Source of the DNA: an uncultured Planctomycetales bacterium
Lineage (GTDB): Bacteria > Omnitrophota > Gorgyraeia > Gygaellales > Profunditerraquicolaceae
Direction of reading: 5' to 3'
DNA length: 64,000 nucleotides
Assembly: GCA_964593005.1 (NCBI GenBank)
Contig: CAZQGT010000002.1
Coordinates: forward strand, 13,324-77,323
Shown here one piece after another: positions 57,631 through 64,000 of this stretch. Position 1 is the first letter of the stretch. Each line of letters opens with the position of its first letter. A model generated the notes under the pieces. That model was not told the DNA's origin. It made no database searches and was given only the letters and a program-made list of their open reading frames with translations. The translations under genes and the position numbers were made by a program.

Positions 57631-58674
57631 ATGAAGCAGGAAATTTTGAATATTTTATTTTGCCCCAAATGTAAGAGTGGTTCTTTAGGTTTAGATAATC
57701 TGGTTACTGATCAGATTGAGATAAGGAGCGGCAGGATTACCTGTGGCAGTTGCCGTGCCGAGTATAATATTAATGATGGTATAATTGATTTGTTTTATAA
57801 TCCGAATAAAAACGTTCTACGCGAGAGGAGGGCAATGGATGAAGATGATTATATTGCTGATGAAACCGGCAAGAAATATAGGATAACAAGTGAAATAATA
57901 GAGAGATTTAAAGACAAATTCCTTTCTTTGCCTGAAGGGGATGGCTCATCTTTTTTTAAACCCGGAGGAAGTTTTCAGACTACCGCCGAAGCCTCGGATA
58001 GATTTTATTCTGCACTGAAAGATTTGTGCTTAAGCGGCGAGGAAAGAATATTAGAAATCGGCGCTTGTTTTTCCTATGCCTCTTTTAAATTCGCGCAAAA
58101 GGGGTGTTTGGTAGTAGCTTTAGATATAAGTAATTATCTAAAAGTTTCGGATCTTTATGTAAAAGAAGCATATTTCGAAAGATTGTTTTCCGATATGCAC
58201 CACATGCCTTTTGTAGATAACAGTTTTGATATTGTATTTGGTTCGGCTGTCCTGCATCACAGTAAGAATCTTAAAGATGTATTTGCTGAAATTAGGCGCG
58301 TTCTAAAGCCCGGGGGCAGGCTTGTTTTAATTAATGAAGCAGCCAGGGGGGTGTTCGAGCGAATTCATCCTGTTTATAAGCAACTGGAAGAAAAGGGCTT
58401 TGGCGACACTGCTTATAATTTATTGGAGTGGAAAAAAGGGGCTAAAGAGGGTGGATTTAAAAAAGTTAAGATTATGTTTTCATCGCTGGCGGATGATTAT
58501 ATAATGAAATATAAGAATAGAGGGGGCAAATACACGTTTAAGGTTAGGTCGGCTTATTTTTTTAAAAAGCACCCTAGATTTGAAAGATTTGTGCTATGGT
58601 TTATAATATTGCCGAGATTATTGTCGAGGCCAAAAAGCTGGAAACTTGTTTGTTATAAAAATGCAAAAAGTTAA
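57631..58674 (+). CDS. Class I SAM-dependent methyltransferase with N-terminal Trm112-like zinc ribbon
   Basis: ILFCPKCKSG...CGSCRAEYNINDGIIDLF. FDIVFGSAVLHH. LKPGGRLVLINE. Confidence 0.6.
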   Translation: MKQEILNILFCPKCKSGSLGLDNLVTDQIEIRSGRITCGSCRAEYNINDGIIDLFYNPNKNVLRERRAMDEDDYIADETGKKYRITSEIIERFKDKFLSLPEGDGSSFFKPGGSFQTTAEASDRFYSALKDLCLSGEERILEIGACFSYASFKFAQKGCLVVALDISNYLKVSDLYVKEAYFERLFSDMHHMPFVDNSFDIVFGSAVLHHSKNLKDVFAEIRRVLKPGGRLVLINEAARGVFERIHPVYKQLEEKGFGDTAYNLLEWKKGAKEGGFKKVKIMFSSLADDYIMKYKNRGGKYTFKVRSAYFFKKHPRFERFVLWFIILPRLLSRPKSWKLVCYKNAKS

Positions 58675-59368
58675 AACAGTAATATTATGCGGCGGCAAAG
58701 GAACCAGGATGGGCAGCGATGAGTTACCTAAGGTTCTATTTCCTATAGGAGGCAAGCCGATACTTTGGCACATAATGAGCATTTACTCGTATTTTGGGTT
58801 CAATGATTTTATATTATGCCTTGGGTATAAAGGCGAGAAAATTAAAGAATATTTTTCGCATACAAATAGATGGAATTTAATTTTTTCCGATACGGGTGAA
58901 AATACTAATACCGGCGGTAGAATTAAGAAGGTTGAGAAATATATTAAAGAAGACTATTTCCTTGCTACCTATGGGGATGGCGTTGCGGATATCGATTTGG
59001 CCCAGCTTGTTAAATTTCACGAAAGGCATAAAAAGAGCGCCACGATTACTGTAGCCAGGCCTATTTCTCAGTTCGGTATCGTGGGAGTTGAGCCTCACAC
59101 TCAGTCTGTTACGCATTTTGAAGAAAAACCAATATTAGACCATTGGATAAATAGCGGTTTTTTTGTTTTTAATAAAAATATTTTTAACTACCTTTCGGAC
59201 AATGATATATTGGAAAGAGATAGTTTTAAGCGTATTTTAAAAGATAAAGAGTTGGATGCTTTTAAACACACGGGTTTTTGGAGATGTATGGATACTTATA
59301 AAGATAACCTTGAATTAAATGAACTTTGGAAGACAAATAAGGCTGCTTGGAAAATATGGAAAAAATAG
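58661..59368 (+). CDS. rfbF: Glucose-1-phosphate cytidylyltransferase (RfbF family)
   Basis: Start moved to the ATG at 58661. MQKVKTVILCGGKGTRMGSDELPKVLFPIGGKPILWHIM is the canonical RfbF/NTP-transferase N-terminus. Length is about 235 aa. Confidence 0.7.
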   Translation: MQKVKTVILCGGKGTRMGSDELPKVLFPIGGKPILWHIMSIYSYFGFNDFILCLGYKGEKIKEYFSHTNRWNLIFSDTGENTNTGGRIKKVEKYIKEDYFLATYGDGVADIDLAQLVKFHERHKKSATITVARPISQFGIVGVEPHTQSVTHFEEKPILDHWINSGFFVFNKNIFNYLSDNDILERDSFKRILKDKELDAFKHTGFWRCMDTYKDNLELNELWKTNKAAWKIWKK

Positions 59369-60339
59369 CGGATTTTTGGAGAAATAAAGTTATTTTTATA
59401 ACCGGGGCGAACGGTTTCCTGGGGTCACATTTAGTAAAAAGAGCCCTTTTTTTAAAGGCCAGGGTTATTGTTTTGATAAAAAAAGATATTGTTTATTCGT
59501 TATTTAAAATTGACGGGTTAGACAAAAAATCCAAGATTTACCGGGGAGATTTATCAGATAGCTTGTTAGTAAAATCAATATTTAAGAATAACAAGATCGA
59601 TGTTTGTTTTCATCTTGCTGCTCAGGCTTTTGTAGGCGTAGCCAATAATTCCCCCTTAAGCACATTTAAGGCAAACATTGAAGGCACCTGGAATGTGCTT
59701 GAGGCTGCCAGGGTTTTTGGAGTTAAAGCTATGGTTGTTGCTTCAAGTGATATGGCTTACGGAGAACAGAAAAAGCTTCCTTGCAAGGAGGGTGCGTCTT
59801 TAACTGCCCTACATCCTTATGATGCGTCTAAATCTTGCGCGGATATTCTTAGCAGGACCTATGCTCATACCTATAAGCTTCCGATAGCAGTTACCCGGTG
59901 TACTAATATCTATGGGCCGGGTGATTTTAATTTCTCAAGGATTATACCGGATGCTTGTCGCTCGGCAGCAAGAGGCAGAAATTTAATTATAAGGGGTAAT
60001 GGCGCTTCTTTGAGAGATTACACTTTTGTAGAAGATATTGTTGATGCGTATTTTATTCTGGCTGAAAATTTATTGAGAAAGAATATTAATTATGGCGAAG
60101 CCTTTAATTTTGGAACCGGTAAACCTATAAGCGTAATTGAGCTTGTGAAGACAATCTTAAAGATTTCCGGAAAACCCGGGTTGCTTCCTAGAATATTGAG
60201 CAAAGCTAAATCGAAATGGGAGATTGATAAATTATATCTTTCTAGCGCTAAGGCGAGAAAATTTTTAAAATGGTATCCTAAATATTCACTCAAAAAAGGT
60301 TTAGAAATAACTTATAAGTGGTACAAGGGGCACCTTTAA
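59347..60339 (+). CDS. NAD-dependent epimerase/dehydratase (extended SDR), CDP-sugar modifying candidate
   Basis: VIFITGANGFLGSHLV. YDASKSC (YxxxK). Adjacent to rfbF. Confidence 0.6.
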   Translation: MENMEKIADFWRNKVIFITGANGFLGSHLVKRALFLKARVIVLIKKDIVYSLFKIDGLDKKSKIYRGDLSDSLLVKSIFKNNKIDVCFHLAAQAFVGVANNSPLSTFKANIEGTWNVLEAARVFGVKAMVVASSDMAYGEQKKLPCKEGASLTALHPYDASKSCADILSRTYAHTYKLPIAVTRCTNIYGPGDFNFSRIIPDACRSAARGRNLIIRGNGASLRDYTFVEDIVDAYFILAENLLRKNINYGEAFNFGTGKPISVIELVKTILKISGKPGLLPRILSKAKSKWEIDKLYLSSAKARKFLKWYPKYSLKKGLEITYKWYKGHL

Positions 60340-60372
60340 TTTTAATCAGAGCAGGGAATAACGGGAGATGCT

Positions 60373-61050
60373 ATGCCGCTCATATCAGTTGTTGTTCCGG
60401 TTTATAATGAAGCCAAAACGATAAAGCAGATAATCGAAAAAATTCAATCTGTAAATATTGATAAAGAAATTATTATTATTGATAATAGCTCAACTGATGA
60501 TACGCATAAGATATTAAGGGGGTTAGCTTATGATAATCTAAAAATTATTTATCATAGTAGCAATCGCGGAAAAGGGGCGTCTTGCCGGACGGGCATAGAT
60601 AATTCTAACGGAGAGTATATTGTTATTCAAGACGCCGATTTAGAATACGACCCGAATGATTACTTGCGTTTATATGAAGCATTAAAAGACGATAAAGCTG
60701 ATATGGTTTTAGGGGCGCGTTTTTTTAAAGGATATCATGGGTTATTATTACATAGATTAGGAAATAGATTTTTAACTTCTACTTTGAATTTTCTTTTTGG
60801 TTCGAAATTAAATGATTATGCAACTTGCTATAAGATGGCCCGCCGGGAAGCATTTAATCGCCTTGGCTTGCAGGCAACGGGGTTTGATATTGAAGTTGAA
60901 ATCATTTGTAAGGCCTTACGTTCTGGTTTTAGGATTAAAGAAGTCCACGCGTCATATTATCCGCGATCTTATAGGGAAGGTAAAAAGATTAGGGTTAATG
61001 ATGCTTTCCGGTCAGTTTTTGCGATGTTTAAATATAAATTCGGGAGATAA
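60373..61050 (+). CDS. GT2 glycosyltransferase, DPM1/GtrB-like polyprenyl-phosphate sugar synthase type
   Basis: ISVVVPVYNEAKTIKQII. IIIIDNSSTDDT. DADLEYDP. C-terminal FRIKEVHASYYPRSYREGKKI. Confidence 0.65.
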   Translation: MPLISVVVPVYNEAKTIKQIIEKIQSVNIDKEIIIIDNSSTDDTHKILRGLAYDNLKIIYHSSNRGKGASCRTGIDNSNGEYIVIQDADLEYDPNDYLRLYEALKDDKADMVLGARFFKGYHGLLLHRLGNRFLTSTLNFLFGSKLNDYATCYKMARREAFNRLGLQATGFDIEVEIICKALRSGFRIKEVHASYYPRSYREGKKIRVNDAFRSVFAMFKYKFGR

Positions 61051-61054
61051 AGAA

Positions 61055-62275
61055 ATGAATATCATGGGATTTTTAGATTTTGCGATTTATTGGTCAATTG
61101 TGATTATGCCTTTTAGTGTAGCCATCTCTCCTGGGATGGCAAACGCTTTTATTGGTTTTTTTATTGTGTTTTTTATAATTAAAAAGGCCCTGACCCGCAA
61201 GCCTTTTTCTACCGATCGCCTAACTTTAATATTCTTTTTTTTGTTTTCATTATTTTCGGTAATTTCGATTATAAATTCGGTTAGTTATAGCGCTAGTTTT
61301 CAGGGTATTGTAAAACTTCTTAAGTATCTGCTCATATTTTTGGTATGCAGCGAAGAGACAAGGGATAAAAAACATATAACAAGAATTATTGTTTCTATTT
61401 GTTTTGGGATATCCCTTATGTCTATTGACGCGTTATGGCAGATGGTTTCCGGTTTTGATTTTGTGCATCATATCGCTATACAGTCTGCGATAGGTTTGCC
61501 TCGGCCGACTGCTTCATTTCCAAACTGTAATATTCTTGGGATTTATTTATCTGCTTTGACTCCATTTATCTTTGGGCTTGGCTGTTTTTATTCCAAGGGT
61601 AGAAGTAAGCTGTTTATGTTTATCGTAAGCGTATTGGGGTTAATAGGAGTTTGCCTTACTTTATCCAGGGGTGCCGGTTTAGGAGTATATCTGGCAATAT
61701 TGTTTTTAAGTATCGCTATGAAGAAGAAATCCCTTATCTTGTTTTTGGTTGGGATACTAGTGGTGTTTCCTTTTGTCGTGCCAAAAAATATAAAACAATG
61801 GGCGAAGGAGGTTAATTATAACCCTTTAGTCTTGATGTGTAATCAGGACCGGATTAGTATTTATAGCAATACTATAAATATGATTAAGCACCATCCTTTT
61901 ATAGGAGTTGGAGTCAATACCTTTTCTAAGAATTACGGAAAATATAAGACCGAGCAAGCCGAGAAGTATGCGCCTACTCCGGATGGCATATACGCGCATA
62001 ATTCTTACCTACAGATGGGAGGGGAAATAGGCCTCTTGGGGCTGCTTGCTTTTATTTTGTTTTTGTTTCAGGTATTTAGGCAGTCTTTCCGTTTAGAGCG
62101 TAAGTCAGATGATAAATATTTAAAAATAATCGCTATATCTTTAGTCGCTTCTATAGTTGCCTATTTAGTAAACAGCCTCACCGAGACCAGCCTGTATTAT
62201 CCAAGAGTGGTGATGATATTCTGGTATTTAATAGGAGTTTCTCTGTCATTAAACAGGTTGGCAAAAGAATCATAA
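61055..62275 (+). CDS. O-antigen ligase/polymerase-family membrane protein (Wzy_C domain), second paralog
   Basis: Start moved to the ATG at 61055 (GGGAGA ribosome-binding site); the track's long ORF overlaps the upstream GT2 by about 240 bp. YAHNSYLQMGGEIGLLGLLAFILFLF parallels the motif in the 44019 protein. Confidence 0.55.
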   Translation: MNIMGFLDFAIYWSIVIMPFSVAISPGMANAFIGFFIVFFIIKKALTRKPFSTDRLTLIFFFLFSLFSVISIINSVSYSASFQGIVKLLKYLLIFLVCSEETRDKKHITRIIVSICFGISLMSIDALWQMVSGFDFVHHIAIQSAIGLPRPTASFPNCNILGIYLSALTPFIFGLGCFYSKGRSKLFMFIVSVLGLIGVCLTLSRGAGLGVYLAILFLSIAMKKKSLILFLVGILVVFPFVVPKNIKQWAKEVNYNPLVLMCNQDRISIYSNTINMIKHHPFIGVGVNTFSKNYGKYKTEQAEKYAPTPDGIYAHNSYLQMGGEIGLLGLLAFILFLFQVFRQSFRLERKSDDKYLKIIAISLVASIVAYLVNSLTETSLYYPRVVMIFWYLIGVSLSLNRLAKES

Positions 62276-62289
62276 AGAAATTTATAAAT

Positions 62290-63066
62290 ATGAGGAAGTT
62301 TTTTTTAATAATACTTTCAGTAGCACTTTTTTTGGTTGGTTTTTATTTTTTTTGGCTTTCTCCAAAATATACCGTGCCTATCTTAATGTATCATAACATC
62401 GGCTATGAGGATGGCAGTTCATTTGTTAAGCCAGAGAACTTTAATAAACAAATGGAATATATCAAAGGCAACGGCTATACAGTGATAACTTTAGATGAGC
62501 TAGTTGCGGGAATTAAAAATAAAAGCCAGTTTAAAAAAAATACAGTTGTCATTACATTTGATGACGGATACAAAGATAATTTTGTCTACGCTTATCCCAC
62601 TTTAAAAAAGTTTGGATTTCCCGCTACGATATTTGTTCCATCGGATTTAATTGGAAAAGAAAAAGCATTATTTAGCTGGAATGAAGCAAGGATTATGAAT
62701 AGAAATGAGATTTCTATTAATTCTCATACCAAGACTCATCTTTATCTTGGGTATGCGCAGGATACAGCTGCTACGCGTAAGGAGATAGCCGGGTCAAAGA
62801 AAGCAATTGAACAGGAGATAGGTGCTCCGGCAGCTTATTTTTGTTATCCCGGTGGCGGTTTTAATGAAATCGTAAAAAAATTAGTTAAAGAGGCCGGTTA
62901 CAAAGGCGCTTGTACTACAAATCGAGGGTCTGACAGATTTAATAACGATATTTATGAGCTCGTAAGGGTGAAAGTAACTAATTCTGATATGACTAAACCT
63001 TTTTCTTTTTGGGTAAAACTTTCAGGATATTATAATTTATTGAGGAGAATAAAAAATTCAAATTAG
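62290..63066 (+). CDS. Polysaccharide deacetylase (NodB homology, CE4)
   Basis: N-terminal TM helix. VVITFDDGYKDNFVYAYPTLKKFGFPATIFV (TFDDG motif). INSHTKTH (His-His metal motif). Confidence 0.7.
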   Translation: MRKFFLIILSVALFLVGFYFFWLSPKYTVPILMYHNIGYEDGSSFVKPENFNKQMEYIKGNGYTVITLDELVAGIKNKSQFKKNTVVITFDDGYKDNFVYAYPTLKKFGFPATIFVPSDLIGKEKALFSWNEARIMNRNEISINSHTKTHLYLGYAQDTAATRKEIAGSKKAIEQEIGAPAAYFCYPGGGFNEIVKKLVKEAGYKGACTTNRGSDRFNNDIYELVRVKVTNSDMTKPFSFWVKLSGYYNLLRRIKNSN

Positions 63067-63144
63067 GGTGATTAAAAATTTACTAGCTATATGTGGCGAT
63101 GGCCTGGCGGATTTTTACTGAATATTCTTTTTAAAGGTTAAAAG

Positions 63145-64000
63145 TTGAATAAAAAAATTTATATTTTAGGGATATCTTGTTTTTACCATGACAGCGCTGC
63201 TTGTTTAATTGCCGGCGGCCAGATTGTTGCTGCTGTTCAGGAGGAGCGTTTTACCCGCAAGAAACACGATTTTAATTTTCCTAAAAATTCCATAGATTAT
63301 TGCCTGAGCGAGGCTGGTATTAAAGTAGAGGACTTAAGCTTTGTGGTTTTTTACGACAAGCCTTTTATCAAGTTTGAGCGTATTTTAGAAACTGCCCTTG
63401 CTTATGTTCCTGTAGGTATAACTCAATTTATGGAAGCAATTCCGCTATGGCTTAAACAGAAACTTTGGATCTCTGAGTTGATTAAGAAGGATTTGGGTTA
63501 TAAGGGGAAAATTTTATTTACTGAACACCATGAGTCTCATGCTGCAAGCGCGTTCTATCCTTCACCTTTTGAGGAGGCAGCATTTTTGACTATAGATGGA
63601 GTAGGGGAATGGGAGACGGCAAGCTTTGGAGTAGGCAGGGGCAATGAATTAGATATTCAGCATTATCTCCGTTTTCCACACTCGCTGGGATTACTTTATT
63701 CGACATTTACTTATTATTGTGGATTTAAGGTTAATTCAGGCGAATATAAACTTATGGGCCTGGCTCCTTACGGCAGGCCTATTTATAAAGATTTGATTTT
63801 GAATGAGTTGATTGACCTTAAGGATGACGGATCTTTTAAGGTAAATATGAAATATTTCGGTTATTGCAATAGCCTGCGTATGACAAACAGCCGGTTTGAC
63901 CGTTTATTCGGTGGGCCGGCCAGAAAACCAGAAACAAAAATAACTCAAACGTATATGGACGTAGCTGCTTCAATACAAGATATAACAGAGGAGATTATGC
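63145..64000 (+). CDS. Carbamoyltransferase (NodU/CmcH/NovN family), 3'-truncated at the window edge
   Basis: TTG start in frame just after a stop. KIYILGISCFYHDSAACLIAGGQIVAAVQEERFTRKKHDFNFP is the hallmark N-terminus of this family. ESHAASAFY His motif. The ORF is absent from the track because it runs off the window. Confidence 0.7.
   Translation, partial: MNKKIYILGISCFYHDSAACLIAGGQIVAAVQEERFTRKKHDFNFPKNSIDYCLSEAGIKVEDLSFVVFYDKPFIKFERILETALAYVPVGITQFMEAIPLWLKQKLWISELIKKDLGYKGKILFTEHHESHAASAFYPSPFEEAAFLTIDGVGEWETASFGVGRGNELDIQHYLRFPHSLGLLYSTFTYYCGFKVNSGEYKLMGLAPYGRPIYKDLILNELIDLKDDGSFKVNMKYFGYCNSLRMTNSRFDRLFGGPARKPETKITQTYMDVAASIQDITEEIM

Noticed and set aside
60812-61054. Long N-terminal extension of the second O-antigen-ligase-like ORF overlapping the GT2 gene by about 240 bp
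   Set aside because: The extension is in a different frame from the well-supported GT2 and lacks hydrophobic or conserved character. An internal ATG at 61055 with a GGGAGA ribosome-binding site gives a sensible start.
1712-62275. All minus-strand ORFs in the track (for example 1712-1930, 8538-9170, 12692-13054, 17034-17606, 36057-36515, 41227-41724, 55923-56174)
   Set aside because: Each lies entirely inside a well-supported + strand gene and is short with no recognisable motifs. They are best explained as antisense frame artefacts.
1-64000. Mobile elements (IS, transposase, integrase, phage genes) as an explanation for the GC mosaic
   Set aside because: No transposase, integrase or recombinase motifs and no flanking inverted or direct repeats were recognised. 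The mosaic is more consistent with cassette exchange by homologous recombination.

Overview
The whole 64-kb window (about 40% GC overall, with locally higher- and lower-GC blocks) is one co-directional surface-glycan biosynthesis/modification locus. I call about 57 genes, all on the + strand. Six of the junctions are ATGA-type start/stop overlaps, so translational coupling is likely. There are only about five intergenic gaps longer than 60 bp. The locus runs off both window edges: a 5'-truncated radical SAM gene at position 1 and a 3'-truncated carbamoyltransferase at position 64000. I found no rRNA, tRNA, CRISPR array, transposase or integrase, and every minus-strand ORF in the track lies inside a + strand gene and looks spurious.

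Gene content:
- Wzx/Wzy-type machinery: a Wzx-like flippase, two O-antigen ligase/polymerase-like proteins, a PglC-like initiating sugar-phosphate transferase and a PglF/WbpM/CapD-like 4,6-dehydratase.
- Three nucleotide-sugar branches: a CDP-hexose branch (RfbF, RfbG, a cupin epimerase/ketoisomerase, a TcaB9/TylC3-like sugar C-methyltransferase, a DegT aminotransferase, SDR reductases); a UDP-diamino/uronic branch (Gfo/Idh/MocA oxidoreductase, hexapeptide acetyltransferase, NDP-sugar dehydrogenase, AsnB-like amidotransferase); and a CMP-ulosonic-acid-like module (NeuB-like synthase, NeuA-like cytidylyltransferase, class III aminotransferase, radical SAM enzyme).
- About 10 glycosyltransferases (GT4 and GT2).
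- Three DPM1/GtrB-like polyprenyl-phosphate sugar synthases, matched in number by three large polytopic GT-C-like membrane proteins, one of them YfhO-like.
- Late-modification enzymes: two SGNH hydrolases, a CE4 deacetylase, an NodU-like carbamoyltransferase and an APH/choline-kinase-fold kinase.

The most unusual feature is the density of radical chemistry and methylation: six B12-binding (class B) radical SAM enzymes, two further radical SAM enzymes (one with a SPASM domain), and about ten SAM-dependent methyltransferases of several folds (FkbM, class I, zinc-ribbon-fused, sugar C-methyltransferase). I interpret this as a largely undescribed system for radical SAM/cobalamin-dependent C-methylation and other heavy modification of a surface polysaccharide.

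Other points worth a second look:
- An almost nucleotide-identical 87-bp in-frame tandem repeat inside a membrane-protein gene.
- An 18-bp perfect palindrome upstream of the oxidoreductase gene.
- A near-consensus sigma70-like promoter abutting the PglF-like gene.
- A block-wise GC mosaic suggesting the locus was assembled by horizontal transfer.

Functional calls rest on motif and architecture recognition by eye. I ran no searches.
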